A stretch of DNA of 64,000 nt from Bdellovibrionales bacterium RIFOXYD12_FULL_39_22. GTDB lineage: Bacteria; Bdellovibrionota; Bacteriovoracia; Bacteriovoracales; Bacteriovoracaceae. Location: the NCBI GenBank assembly GCA_001770205.1, contig MEQL01000012.1, positions 62,001 through 126,000 of the forward strand, written 5' to 3'. The notes under the pieces were generated by a model, which saw nothing but the letters and a program-made list of their open reading frames with translations, was not told where the DNA came from and searched no databases. Positions 30,515 through 41,110 of the stretch are shown here, piece after piece. The number at the start of each line of letters is the position of its first letter. Position 1 is the stretch's first letter. The position numbers were made by a program, and so were the translations under genes.

Positions 30515-31013
30515 GTCCCTTCACCTCACGTTTTAAATAGATAAGATCATACTTGGTATCACTGCGACTCGTTGCCGCCATTTCGTACTTGCCAGAAAGC
30601 TTAATTGCATCTTTAGGACAGGCCTCCTCACAAAAACCGCAAAAACAGCACCGAAGAGAATCAATATCAAATCGCACTGGCCGTTTTTCTTTTTTTACAC
30701 CATCGGGATTTTTCGAACTCTCTCTCTCCCCGGCCACAATTGTTATACATTCGGCTGGACAGACTGTTTGACAAAGATAACAGGCCGTACAATTTTCTGT
30801 TTTATTTTTGTCTACAGAAATAAAATGTGAGCCCCTAAAACGATTTGAGTATTCTCGCTTAACTTCCGGATACATAATAGTGTTATGCTTCCGTAAGAAA
30901 AAACCATTAATAAAATGTTTCAGCGTAATTAACAGTCCCTGTACAATAGCAAAGAGGTAGAATTTCTCCTGCCAAGTATAAGGCCTAGATACATTAACTG
31001 TTTTCGTGGCCAT
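30507..31013 (-). CDS. nuoI: NADH-quinone oxidoreductase subunit I
   Basis: CTACYLCQTVCP and CCFCGFCEEACP; RFRG. Confidence 0.94.
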   Translation of the reverse strand: MATKTVNVSRPYTWQEKFYLFAIVQGLLITLKHFINGFFLRKHNTIMYPEVKREYSNRFRGSHFISVDKNKTENCTACYLCQTVCPAECITIVAGERESSKNPDGVKKEKRPVRFDIDSLRCCFCGFCEEACPKDAIKLSGKYEMAATSRSDTKYDLIYLKREVKGRG

Positions 31014-31031
31014 CGCTCAATCTCCCCTTTT

Positions 31032-32117
31032 CTAACTAACAAAAAAATACGACATAAAAATTACCACTAGCAAATTGACAAATGAGAGAGGAAAAAGCAC
31101 TTTCCAACCCAAATCCATCAATTGATCAAACCTAAAACGAGGAAGTGTCCAACGCACCCATACAAAGACAAAAAGAAAAAATCCTACCTTTAGTAATATA
31201 GATACAAACTCAAAGGCCGCTTTTACATTCTGTAAAGCATCGGGTGATCCATCCGTATATCCTCCGACCCAAGAAACCAACAGGCCAAATCCTGGCAGTA
31301 GATTAAAGCCTCCAAAATAAAGAGTAGAAATCAATGCCGATGCCATTACCATTGCTACATATTCTGCCAAAAAAAACATTCCAAATTTCATGGCCCCATA
31401 CTCAGTGTGATAACCACCAACAATTTCGGCATCTCCTTCAGGTAAATCAAAAGGAAGACGATTGGTTTCAGCAAAGATGGAGATAAAAAAGATCAGTGCA
31501 CCAATGGGGTTAATGAAGGCCCCCCAGGTGGGAATAAATCCCAACCAACTATCTCCCTGCCAGGCCACCATTTCCTGTAAGTTGAAAGTTCCATAGATCA
31601 CCAACATAGAAAGAATAGACATCCCCATCGCAATCTCGTAAGAGACCATTTGAGAAGAACCTCTGAGCGCTCCCAGTACAGTATATTTATTATGCGACGC
31701 CCAGCCCCCTAAAATGACCGGATAAACTTCAAGGCCTGCGAAGGCCAATAGAAAAATAAGTCCGCTATCGATCTGAGCAATTTGTAAAACAACCTTCTGT
31801 CCCATCACCATAGCGTGTGAACCAAAAGGAATCACCATTAATGCCCCCAGCGGAGCTGCCAAAGCAATGGCCGGTGCCAAAAGATAGAAAAATTTATTCA
31901 CATGTCCGGGTATAAAACTCTCCTTCAAAAAGAGTTTAAGCACATCGGCTACTGATTGCAAAAGGCCAAAGGGGCCAACTCGATTGGGGCCCACCCTACC
32001 CTGCATCCAGGCCGAGCCACGTCGTTCAAACCAAACCAAAAAGGGCACACTTGAAAGCGCCAGGCCAACTACTACGGCCATTTTGGCAAACATTTGGATA
32101 AAATCAAATAGTGTCAT
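31032..32117 (-). CDS. nuoH: NADH-quinone oxidoreductase subunit H
   Basis: GPNRVGPFGLLQSVADVLKL, AETNRLPFDLPE, LPRFRFDQLM. Confidence 0.96.
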   Translation of the reverse strand: MTLFDFIQMFAKMAVVVGLALSSVPFLVWFERRGSAWMQGRVGPNRVGPFGLLQSVADVLKLFLKESFIPGHVNKFFYLLAPAIALAAPLGALMVIPFGSHAMVMGQKVVLQIAQIDSGLIFLLAFAGLEVYPVILGGWASHNKYTVLGALRGSSQMVSYEIAMGMSILSMLVIYGTFNLQEMVAWQGDSWLGFIPTWGAFINPIGALIFFISIFAETNRLPFDLPEGDAEIVGGYHTEYGAMKFGMFFLAEYVAMVMASALISTLYFGGFNLLPGFGLLVSWVGGYTDGSPDALQNVKAAFEFVSILLKVGFFLFVFVWVRWTLPRFRFDQLMDLGWKVLFPLSFVNLLVVIFMSYFFVS

Positions 32118-32140
32118 CTCTATTTCCTATTTTATACTTT

Positions 32141-33652
32141 TTACTTTTTAGTAAATCTAAGCAACCGATTAACTGCCATACCCTCTCCCAAATGCACTAC
32201 TGCTGGGATAAATTGTTGTCTGATACCATCACAATTAATATAGGTGCCGCTCTTTTCCACTGTCGCAAGGCCTGGAAGCATCACCTCTACGGCCGCTCCC
32301 AAAGACGCCTGCTCTGCACTGTTCCATACACCTAACAAAATTAACTTTTGGCCATTACCCACTGCTGGCACTGCTGACCGGCCGAAACGAACGAGTAAAA
32401 CTAAATCACTATCATTAATCTGCCCATTTTCTAGTGGTGCCAATTTACACTCTTCCGCTCCACGCAAGTTGGCAGTTTTATCCTGCATAATCAGCAAGTG
32501 GTCTAATTTTTTATCTTGGGAAGAAGTTGAGAGTGTTCCTGTTCCATTAAAAGATCTAAAGGTAAATTTACTCCCAAACATATCCGGCAAGGCCGCTTGC
32601 AGATATCTAATCTCTTCAATAGTAGCATCTGTTCCTATTACCACTTTTACCTTTTTTGCCGTCTCCAATAAGTGTCCAGTCGCCGCTTGCGCCAACTCCC
32701 AACTAGTGGCCTGCAAGGCCCCATTGTGCGCTAACATTGGACGTACGATACGCGTCGGATCCATCACCTGATGATAACTAAGCCGGCCAGTATCACAAAT
32801 CCAATGGCCGTTAATTTTTTCATTATAGGCCGGAGTGAAGCGATAAATAATATTATCCTCGCTATGCACTTCGATATTACATCCTTTAGAACAACCATCA
32901 CACACGGAAGGATGGCGCTGCAAAAACCAAGAGCGCTTTACAAAGCGAAAATCATTAAAAGTTAAGGCCCCCACTGGACAAAAATCTGAAAGGCATCCTT
33001 GATACTCGCTGGTTAATCCCAATTTATCATCTGCTAAAGTTAGTTCTTTATGCCAACTGCGATTGACCATCATCAAATCACAACTTTTGACGACCTCTTC
33101 GGAAAAACGTACGCAACGCTCACAGTGCACACAACGATTCATATTAAGTGTTATTTTTTCTGAAAGCTTTTTGGTGGCCGCCTTAGGATAAGTACGCTTG
33201 TCCTCTAAAAAACTAGAAGTCACTGGCCCATAGCGATAGTTATTATCTTGTAAATCACACTCACCGGCCTTATCACAAACCGGACAATCCAGTGGATGAT
33301 TGATAAGCAAAAACTCCATAACTCCTGCGCGACTTTTTAAAACTCTTTCCGTTTTAGTATGTACCACCATCCCGTCTGCAGCGGGAGTAGAACAGGCAGT
33401 CATAAGCTTGACCATTTTCTCCACTTCAACTGTACACATACGACAAGTACCTGCGATAGGAAGGCCCGGATGATAACAGTAACGTGGAATTAAATGTCCT
33501 CGTCCGGCCCGCTCGGCCACTTGTAAAATAGTATCTCCGGCCACAAACTCTACCACTTCTCCATCTAAAATTAACTTGGGAGCAGGATTGGCCCCTTTTT
33601 GCACGGCATGCTTGTTTGAACAATAATTCAAAGCAATCTCATGCTTACCCAT
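32141..33652 (-). CDS. nuoG: NADH-quinone oxidoreductase subunit G (short form, about 500 aa)
   Basis: IPRYCYHP, CRMC, HPLDCPVCDKAGECDLQ, CVHCERC, CDGCSKGC; ATG 33652 avoids a long overlap with nuoF. Confidence 0.93.
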   Translation of the reverse strand: MGKHEIALNYCSNKHAVQKGANPAPKLILDGEVVEFVAGDTILQVAERAGRGHLIPRYCYHPGLPIAGTCRMCTVEVEKMVKLMTACSTPAADGMVVHTKTERVLKSRAGVMEFLLINHPLDCPVCDKAGECDLQDNNYRYGPVTSSFLEDKRTYPKAATKKLSEKITLNMNRCVHCERCVRFSEEVVKSCDLMMVNRSWHKELTLADDKLGLTSEYQGCLSDFCPVGALTFNDFRFVKRSWFLQRHPSVCDGCSKGCNIEVHSEDNIIYRFTPAYNEKINGHWICDTGRLSYHQVMDPTRIVRPMLAHNGALQATSWELAQAATGHLLETAKKVKVVIGTDATIEEIRYLQAALPDMFGSKFTFRSFNGTGTLSTSSQDKKLDHLLIMQDKTANLRGAEECKLAPLENGQINDSDLVLLVRFGRSAVPAVGNGQKLILLGVWNSAEQASLGAAVEVMLPGLATVEKSGTYINCDGIRQQFIPAVVHLGEGMAVNRLLRFTKK

Positions 33653-33674
33653 TTCTCTGTTTATATCTGTTGTA

Positions 33675-35012
33675 TTACACATGCGTTTGCCCTCGCACTG
33701 AATCTGTGGCCGGTGCTCGCAGCATGGCCTTCTGCGGACAGCGTCTTTGTCGAATATGATCTTCAAATTCCGATCTAAATTTTCTAACTGCCGATAATGC
33801 CGGCCCGGTTACGGCATCCGCAAAAGCGCAGATAGTTTGGCCGGCCATATTAGCACAAATGCGCTCAATAGTAATTAAATCATCATGCGTTCCTTTCCCG
33901 GCCTCAATCCGCGCAAACATGCGCGCTAACCAGTGACTACCTTCCCTACATTGTGAACACTGGCCACAGGACTCATGTTCATAAAAACGCAATAAAATAG
34001 AGGTGGCCTCTACGATGCAGACATCCTCACTCATCACAATTGCACCACCCGATCCGGCCATAGTTTGGGCCTTCATCATCGCATCAAAACAAAGTGGTAC
34101 ATCTATCTCTTCGGCAGTAAGCATCGGAGCAGAAGCGCCACCAGGAATAACCGCTTTTAATTTTTTTCCATTACGTACTCCCCCTGCGATATCTATTAAC
34201 TCACGCAAAGTAGTCCGCATCGACAACTCATAAATACCCGGCCGTTCAACTTGGCCTGAAACACAAAACAGTCGCAAGCCACCTGATTTTTCCGTTCCCA
34301 TGGCCGCAAACTTCGGGCCACCATGCTCAATAATATAAGGGATCACTGCAAAAGTTTCTACATTGTTTACACAAGTTGGCATGCCAAAGGCCCCGACTTG
34401 AGCTGGAAAAGGCGGTTTCAATCTCGGCTCACCACGCTTTCCTTCTAGAGAATTAAGCAGCGCTGACTCTTCTCCACAAATATAAGCTCCTGCACCTCGA
34501 TAGACAAAAAGATCAAAATGCAAATTTGACCCCAAAATATTTTTTCCCAAATATCCCTGGCCTCTAGCATCATCAATGGCCCGCTGGAGAAGACGTGCCT
34601 CCTTAAAAAATTCACCGCGGATATAGATATATCCACGCACTGCCCCCACCGCATGTGCCGCAATAACCATCCCTTCAATCAAAGCATGAGGATTTTTTGT
34701 CATGATCAAACGATCTTTAAAGGTCCCAGGCTCTCCTTCATCTGCATTGCATACTAAATATTTTGGCCTAGGACGGCCATCTGCATCCACCGGATTTTTT
34801 GGCATAAATGACCATTTCATCCCGGTGGGAAATCCCGCGCCACCTCTCCCGCGCAAATTAGATTTTTTTACTTCTTCGATTACTGCGTCTGGAGTGATAG
34901 AAAGCGCTTTACGAAGTGCCTTATAACCATCATGGGCCAGATAAAAATCTATGGTTTGACAGTTTTGTTCCGCAATATATTTGGTTAAAATTTTCTCTCC
35001 CATCATGGCCAA
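33675..35012 (-). CDS. nuoF: NADH-quinone oxidoreductase subunit F
   Basis: [44 protein letters not shown]. Confidence 0.96.
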   Translation of the reverse strand: MAMMGEKILTKYIAEQNCQTIDFYLAHDGYKALRKALSITPDAVIEEVKKSNLRGRGGAGFPTGMKWSFMPKNPVDADGRPRPKYLVCNADEGEPGTFKDRLIMTKNPHALIEGMVIAAHAVGAVRGYIYIRGEFFKEARLLQRAIDDARGQGYLGKNILGSNLHFDLFVYRGAGAYICGEESALLNSLEGKRGEPRLKPPFPAQVGAFGMPTCVNNVETFAVIPYIIEHGGPKFAAMGTEKSGGLRLFCVSGQVERPGIYELSMRTTLRELIDIAGGVRNGKKLKAVIPGGASAPMLTAEEIDVPLCFDAMMKAQTMAGSGGAIVMSEDVCIVEATSILLRFYEHESCGQCSQCREGSHWLARMFARIEAGKGTHDDLITIERICANMAGQTICAFADAVTGPALSAVRKFRSEFEDHIRQRRCPQKAMLRAPATDSVRGQTHV

Positions 35013-35533
35013 ACCTCTGGATTATAGGTTTCTCGTCCAATATATTTTTCTCCCGCATTAATTTTGCTGGAAAAACTTTGCATCAACTCATCTAACATCG
35101 GCAGATCCACATTTTCATAATAATCTTCATTCACCTGCAATACTGGCGCAGATCCGCAGGCACCCAAACATTCCACCTCACTTAGCGTATACTTTCCGTC
35201 GGTAGAACTCTGACCGGCGTTAATTTTTAATCGCTGCTCCATATGATGCATAAGTTTATCAGAACCATTTAGCCAACAACCAATATTGCTGCAAAGTTGA
35301 TAATGAACTTGGCCAACCGCTTTCTTATTAAACATAGTATAAAAGGTTGCTACTTCTCTAATTTTCATCAACGGTAATTGCAAAAAAACGGCAATCTCTC
35401 GCATCGAATCTTCGCTCACCATTCCCGTTTCATGCTGCACTTCATGCAACATGGGAATGACCAACGCCTGGGTAGTCGGGAAATTGGGCCGCAGCCGATC
35501 TATCTTCTCTTTTAACTGCTGGGATATTGCCAT
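35003..35533 (-). CDS. nuoE: NADH-quinone oxidoreductase subunit E
   Basis: [20 protein letters not shown]. Confidence 0.95.
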   Translation of the reverse strand: MAISQQLKEKIDRLRPNFPTTQALVIPMLHEVQHETGMVSEDSMREIAVFLQLPLMKIREVATFYTMFNKKAVGQVHYQLCSNIGCWLNGSDKLMHHMEQRLKINAGQSSTDGKYTLSEVECLGACGSAPVLQVNEDYYENVDLPMLDELMQSFSSKINAGEKYIGRETYNPEVWP

Positions 35534-35571
35534 AATTTTCTATCCTCTCTAAATCTATCTTAGAAACAGCG

Positions 35572-37302
35572 CTAACGATCTAACTCGCCAGCAATAATGT
35601 TAATACTACCAAGCGTTGCGACGGCATCAGGAATCTTGCCGCCCTTTACAGTTTGCTCAAAATTTTGGAAAAGCATAAACGAAGGAGACTTCACTCGCAT
35701 TCTCCAGGCCTTTGGCCCTCCACGCGCTACAATATAAAATCCCAACTCACCGTTAGGTGCCTCTATGGAAGAATAGGCTTCTCCCGGAGGAATCTCTATT
35801 CCTTCCATAAAAATTTTAAAATGATGAATTAGATCTTCCATCTTCGTATAAACATCTTGTTTGGCCGGAATTTTTACCCGCTTATCATCCACCCAAATCG
35901 GCCCTTTAGGAATTTTGGCCACACACTGCTGTAAAATACGTACCGACTGACGCATCTCTTCCATCCGCACCAAATAGCGATCGTAAACATCCCCATTAGT
36001 ACCCACGGCCACGTCAAAATCCAAGTTGGGATAATTGTAATAAGGCCGATCTCGTCGCAAATCAAAATCAACTCCCGACGCTCTTGCCACTGGCCCCATC
36101 AGCGAATATTTAATGGCATCTTCTTTAGAGATAATGCCGACACCTCTGGTGCGATCGATCCAAATACGATTAGAGGTTAGCAAATTAGAAACTTCATTTA
36201 AGGTACGCGGAAACTCTTCTACAAAGCGGCGCATACGAGCTTCAAAATTCTCTGGCAGATCATAACTCATTCCACCAATACGCGCATAACTAGTCGTCAG
36301 GCGCATTCCACACATGCTCTCAATCATGGTGTAGGCCTCTTCTCGCCAATAGTAAAAATGCCAAAAAATAGTCATGGCCCCCAAATCTAATGCATTAATG
36401 GCCACACACACCAGGTGATCAATAATTCGAGACAACTCCATGGCCATCACTCGAATAACCATAGTACGATCGGTAATTGTCAACCCCATCAATTTTTCCA
36501 CGGCCATGCAGTAACCAACATTATTGGCCAAAGAGGAGCAGTAGTTTAAGCGATCAGTATATACAATCCATTGATGATAACTGCGATTTTCTCCTAATTT
36601 TTCAATGGCACGATGAAGATATCCTAACTCACAGGCAGCATCCTCAATAGTTTCTCCATTGATTCGACACATAACTCGCAAAGTTCCATGCATGGCCGGG
36701 TGGGAAGGTCCTAAATTTAACAAAACATTAGGATTATAAAAATCATTAAGATTAACTCTGTTTTCACCACTCTCCTCATTGGACAAAGGAAGAGGTGTTT
36801 GTCCTAAGTGGAACTTTATGTTATCTGAAAATGGTTGACGCTGCTTCATTGGATATTCTTTTCTCAACGGGTAACCAACAAAACGATCATCCATCATTAT
36901 GCGACGGAGATTGGGATGGCCTTCAAACACAATCCCATACATATCGAAGGCCTCTCGCTCTAACCAATTGGCCCCCAAAAAAAGTGATACAAGACTTTTA
37001 ACTTGTGTATCTAACCCCACTAAAAGTTTGAGACGTACTCGCATGTGCGTACTTTGCGAATATAATTGATAAACCAATACAAAACGCTCGCTGCCATCTA
37101 CGCCATCAATATTATCGTAAGCGGTAAGATCTACCAAATAATCAAAAAGAAACTCTTTATCCGATTTCAATTCAGCGGCCAGAGTTACCATATCAGTCGG
37201 AGAAGTTGCCCACAAGATCAACTCGAAGGCCGCGTCCATTTGTGACTTTCTCTTATCGCCATATTTACTTTTTAAATTTTCATAGTTTTGTGCGCCACTC
37301 AT
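35572..37302 (-). CDS. nuoCD: Fused NADH-quinone oxidoreductase subunit C/D
   Basis: NuoC WLEREAFDMYG..F.GHP; NuoD LGPSHPAMHG, GYLHR, IIAGELDR C-terminus. Confidence 0.95.
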   Translation of the reverse strand: MSGAQNYENLKSKYGDKRKSQMDAAFELILWATSPTDMVTLAAELKSDKEFLFDYLVDLTAYDNIDGVDGSERFVLVYQLYSQSTHMRVRLKLLVGLDTQVKSLVSLFLGANWLEREAFDMYGIVFEGHPNLRRIMMDDRFVGYPLRKEYPMKQRQPFSDNIKFHLGQTPLPLSNEESGENRVNLNDFYNPNVLLNLGPSHPAMHGTLRVMCRINGETIEDAACELGYLHRAIEKLGENRSYHQWIVYTDRLNYCSSLANNVGYCMAVEKLMGLTITDRTMVIRVMAMELSRIIDHLVCVAINALDLGAMTIFWHFYYWREEAYTMIESMCGMRLTTSYARIGGMSYDLPENFEARMRRFVEEFPRTLNEVSNLLTSNRIWIDRTRGVGIISKEDAIKYSLMGPVARASGVDFDLRRDRPYYNYPNLDFDVAVGTNGDVYDRYLVRMEEMRQSVRILQQCVAKIPKGPIWVDDKRVKIPAKQDVYTKMEDLIHHFKIFMEGIEIPPGEAYSSIEAPNGELGFYIVARGGPKAWRMRVKSPSFMLFQNFEQTVKGGKIPDAVATLGSINIIAGELDR

Positions 37303-37916
37303 TATCTCCCCTCCTGCTGGGCCCGCTGAGAGGCCACATACTCAGGTGTAATGGTTAGGCCCGCAGCAATAATCTGCTCTCGAGTTTGGGATAGTTTGTT
37401 ATTATAGGACATAGCATTTATCGCATCATCAAAGGTAGGCTTGTTTGCGCTACAACGGGAAATTTTTCCATCAATAATTTTCTGCAAATGCAAAATGGCG
37501 TACAAAAATCCCTCTGGGATTGGCGGACACCCTGGAACATAAACATCTACAGGCATAATCTCATCAATGCCCTGCAATACAGAATAGGTGTCAAAAATAC
37601 CTCCAGAAGAGGAACATGCTCCAATAGCAATAACCCACTTAGGCTCTAACATCTGATCATAGATTGTTCGCAAAACTGGCGCCATTTTAGTAGTAATTGT
37701 GCCAGCCACTAAAAGCATGTCACACTGCCTTGGCGAAAACCGCACTACTTCCGCTCCAAAACGAGAGACATCGTAATGAGAAGAGAGCGTCGACATTAAC
37801 TCAATTCCACAGCATGATGTTCCAAAGGGCATTGGCCAGAGAGAATTTTTTCTTGCCCACTTGGCCGCCTCTTCAAAGAGCATGGGAAAGATCATTGCAC
37901 TTCCATCTTTAGACAT
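37302..37916 (-). CDS. nuoB: NADH-quinone oxidoreductase subunit B
   Basis: [29 protein letters not shown]. Confidence 0.95.
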   Translation of the reverse strand: MSKDGSAMIFPMLFEEAAKWARKNSLWPMPFGTSCCGIELMSTLSSHYDVSRFGAEVVRFSPRQCDMLLVAGTITTKMAPVLRTIYDQMLEPKWVIAIGACSSSGGIFDTYSVLQGIDEIMPVDVYVPGCPPIPEGFLYAILHLQKIIDGKISRCSANKPTFDDAINAMSYNNKLSQTREQIIAAGLTITPEYVASQRAQQEGR

Positions 37917-37934
37917 CTTTATATCTCCTAATAT

Positions 37935-37955
37935 CTCTTAACTCTTAACTCTTAA
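37935..37955. repeat. Heptamer tandem repeat in the nuoA-nuoB spacer
   Basis: CTCTTAA x3. Confidence 0.7.
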
Positions 37956-37958
37956 AAA

Positions 37959-38360
37959 CTAATCCCAATTAAAGGCGTTCCTTTTTCGCAAATAGATGTA
38001 TCCACCCAACAAAAGCAAGATAAAAAAGAGCATCTCCAACAGAACAAATGGGCCAATAGAGCGATAGTGCTTGTACACTAACGTCCACGGATACATGAAG
38101 ACAATCTCCACATCAAAAATCAAAAAAATAATTCCAATTAAGTAATAACGAACAGAAAATTGTTGATGAGCATCCCCAACATAAGCAACACCACACTCAT
38201 ACACATCCAATTTCTTGGCCAATGCTTTACCGTTTTTTTCCTTAGGCCGCATACCGAGTAAATTATTGATAATGAGCAGTGCACTGCCTAGAACAATCGC
38301 AATAACTAGTAAACTAGCAGCGGCAACATATCCCTCAACTTCCCAAAATTGTAGAGGCAT
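37959..38360 (-). CDS. nuoA: NADH-quinone oxidoreductase subunit A
   Basis: YECG, FLIFDVEIVF. Confidence 0.95.
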   Translation of the reverse strand: MPLQFWEVEGYVAAASLLVIAIVLGSALLIINNLLGMRPKEKNGKALAKKLDVYECGVAYVGDAHQQFSVRYYLIGIIFLIFDVEIVFMYPWTLVYKHYRSIGPFVLLEMLFFILLLLGGYIYLRKRNAFNWD

Positions 38361-38388
38361 ACTTTCTCCTGAAATTTAAGTTTGCAAA

Positions 38389-38417
38389 AGTCTAGCACAT
38401 CGATTTTATGAACTCAA
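38389..38417 (-). promoter_or_regulatory. Putative sigma70 promoter of the nuo operon
   Basis: Minus strand TTGAGT-N17-TAGACT with extended -10 TG. Confidence 0.6.
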
Positions 38418-38453
38418 CGATGTTTAAAAGAAAAATTGAAGATTATTTATTCG

Positions 38454-40355
38454 CTATGACAAAACCGCCGGGAAGTAGCTTTGTTGCGCCCCCACCTGGT
38501 GGCCGGCGGGAATAGGAATCCCCAACTCATCTATTCGAAAAACATCTTTGGGCAAATTAAGAGACTGCCGTAATATATCCATCGTCTGAGGAACAAAGGG
38601 ATAAAGCATTATCATAATATTTTTTAGAATATAGAAGGAGGAGAAAAGTGCATCTTTGCGCTCATTTTCAGGATAGCGATCATCATGCGGCCGATATTGA
38701 GTAAAGAGACTATTAATAATGCGCGCATAATTTTCTATGGCAAACAGCAGTGTAGAATATTCTGCTTTTTCCATAGACCGTAAATATTTGGAAACTATCT
38801 TAACCGTCTCACTCTCCACCTTTTCTAGCAATTTTCCATCCGGAATCTTTCCCTCATACTTGGAATGAGCTGCCGAAATAGGTTTTTCAAAGGAGGCATT
38901 AAGCGGCCCGGCCAAAAACTTATTGCGCTCATCCAAAGTTTTAAAATCAAAGTTGGAATTCTTCTCGGGCAAACTAAGCAATGCCAAAAAATACCGAATC
39001 TGATCGCAGCTATAACCTTTCTCATCTAGCAACTGATCTCCCGAGAAAAAATTACCTCGGGACTTACTCATTTTCTCTCCATCTACTTGCAAATGGAAAC
39101 AGCCAAAAACATCGGTCATCTGGGGCTCACCCTCTTTAGGCATTCGCATCGGATCATCTTGGGACCCCAACCACAATGCCGCCTGCATTAGGGTATAAAA
39201 ATAGATATTATCCTGTCCTAAAAACTGAAAAATGCGGGCCTTCGGGTCACACCAAAATTCTCGATAACGCTCAGGATTTTCCCCGCGTGCTTTAAGGGCA
39301 GTTTTAGAAAAAGAGATCGGGGCAATCAACGAATCTGGCCAAACGTATAACGTCTTACCGGCCATCTCCTCATCAATCTCTGCCGGCACAGGAATTCCCC
39401 AAGAAACATCTCGAGTAATCGAACGATGTGCCCAACCATCTAGTAGGGATGTCGCTATGTGATGTTCTGCAAATATCTCCTGTCCCCTCGTCAACGCCCC
39501 TAGTGATTCAAACTGTACCACAATTTTTTTGCCGGGAGCATAGCGACTCTTGTGTGCAGGAAGTTTATCTTTGAGATCTTTAAACTTCTGCTCATCTACA
39601 TTGCTAAACACAATACAAGGCATAACTGTATTGATAACTTCACGATAAACTGGTTTGCGCCACACTTTTTCTTTGCTTTGGGCCCACTCTCGCAATAAAT
39701 CTGAGACTTTCCACATATCTAGCCACCAATGAGCGGTATCTTTTAACACTGGCGTGGCATCACTAAGAGCGCTCCGCGGATTGATCAATTCCTGTGGCCC
39801 ATACTGCGCACCACAAACATCACAATCATCACTATAGGCCTTAGTATTACTGCATTTTTCGTTCGGGCATTTCCCCATGATATAACGATCTGGTAAAAAA
39901 CGATTTAGCTTCGGATCATACCATTGCTTGCTAATGCGCTTATTCAACATTTTATTGCGATACATTTTCCGTAGCATCTCTTGTGCTAGGGCGGCATGAT
40001 GCGGAAAAGTTTCTGCACGAGAAGTTCCTGTATAGATATCGGTCTGAATGGAATAACGCTCTAGCGTTTTTTTTTGTTTTTGATGAATAGAATCAATAAA
40101 ATCATGAATATTCATTCCACTCTGAATGGCCGAAACCTCGCTGGTAGAGCCATGATCATCTGTACCGCAAACAAATAAAACATTTTCCCCGCCAATTAAC
40201 ATTCGCAACCAACGAGCATAAATGTCTGGTGGCAGTAATGCCCCGGCCAAATGACCTAAATGTAGTGGCCCATTGGCATACGGCATCCCCCCAGTGACCA
40301 CGGCCTTAGTTGGACGTTTAAAATTGCTTAATACTGATGCTACTGTTTGCGCCAC
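38454..40355 (-). CDS. metG: Methionyl-tRNA synthetase
   Basis: MPYANGPLHLGH, GTDDHG, Zn knuckle CPNEKC...CDVC, ITRDVSWG, KMSKS; no C-terminal OB domain. True start may be ATA 40376. Confidence 0.94.
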   Translation of the reverse strand: MAQTVASVLSNFKRPTKAVVTGGMPYANGPLHLGHLAGALLPPDIYARWLRMLIGGENVLFVCGTDDHGSTSEVSAIQSGMNIHDFIDSIHQKQKKTLERYSIQTDIYTGTSRAETFPHHAALAQEMLRKMYRNKMLNKRISKQWYDPKLNRFLPDRYIMGKCPNEKCSNTKAYSDDCDVCGAQYGPQELINPRSALSDATPVLKDTAHWWLDMWKVSDLLREWAQSKEKVWRKPVYREVINTVMPCIVFSNVDEQKFKDLKDKLPAHKSRYAPGKKIVVQFESLGALTRGQEIFAEHHIATSLLDGWAHRSITRDVSWGIPVPAEIDEEMAGKTLYVWPDSLIAPISFSKTALKARGENPERYREFWCDPKARIFQFLGQDNIYFYTLMQAALWLGSQDDPMRMPKEGEPQMTDVFGCFHLQVDGEKMSKSRGNFFSGDQLLDEKGYSCDQIRYFLALLSLPEKNSNFDFKTLDERNKFLAGPLNASFEKPISAAHSKYEGKIPDGKLLEKVESETVKIVSKYLRSMEKAEYSTLLFAIENYARIINSLFTQYRPHDDRYPENERKDALFSSFYILKNIMIMLYPFVPQTMDILRQSLNLPKDVFRIDELGIPIPAGHQVGAQQSYFPAVLS

Positions 40356-40449
40356 TTCGGGAAAATCTGGTTTTATAAATCACCACCTAAAAAATGGATG
40401 TTTTGTATCTTGTAAAAAAATATAATATCTACTGAAAGCTGTCAGCAAT

Positions 40450-40872
40450 TTATTTTAAGGCCTCTTGCACTAACTGACTGGCACGCTTCCCATCAAATTG
40501 CCCCTTAATCTTGGGTGTTAACTCTTTCATTATCATTCCCATATTGGGATTAGTTAAACTGCCCTTGATCTGGCCTATTAATTTTATAACCGCTGCCTCA
40601 TCTAATTGGGCCGGTAAATATTCGGTCAAGATAGCAACCTCTTTTGAAGTTTTCTCATATAACTCACTACCTTTAGGAAAATTTTCCAAAGAATCTTTCA
40701 TTTTCTTCACATGTGCCACTAAAACATCCATCTCCTCCTTGGGTTTTACGGAAGTTTTATTTTCTAGCAACATACTCTTTAGGTAGCGCAAGGCCTCTAG
40801 GCGATCTTTGTCCTTACTTTTCATCGCCGCCTTGATTTCTTCTCCGATCTGTTCAAACATTGTTGCGGCCAT
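40450..40872 (-). CDS. GatB/YqeY domain protein
   Basis: IKAAMKSKDK, EYLPAQL, MGMIMK, DGK; SD AAGGAG before ATG 40872. Confidence 0.9.
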   Translation of the reverse strand: MAATMFEQIGEEIKAAMKSKDKDRLEALRYLKSMLLENKTSVKPKEEMDVLVAHVKKMKDSLENFPKGSELYEKTSKEVAILTEYLPAQLDEAAVIKLIGQIKGSLTNPNMGMIMKELTPKIKGQFDGKRASQLVQEALK

Positions 40873-41110
40873 ATTAACTCTCCTTACAAAATTAAGTTGT
40901 ATATATAAATGGTGATAAATTACCAAAATGGTATAAGCGGAAATACGTTAAGTCAGTATAAAAAATGGCAAAACCACATATATTGGCAATATTTTTCTTT
41001 CTATTTTATCCCTAATTTGGGTTGGTTTTTTACAAAGTGCCAGGGTTTCAATAAATCGGCCCAAAATTCCTTTCTAATAGTAAGTTAACCACATGCGAGA
41101 GTCGACGGCG

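Noticed and set aside
32141..33766. Short NuoG as a pseudogene
   Set aside because: All Fe-S motifs and the frame are intact; shortened NuoG forms are known.
40958..41077. ATA-initiated 39-aa signal-peptide-like frame (possible gene relic)
   Set aside because: No SD and short; could be chance in AT-rich DNA.
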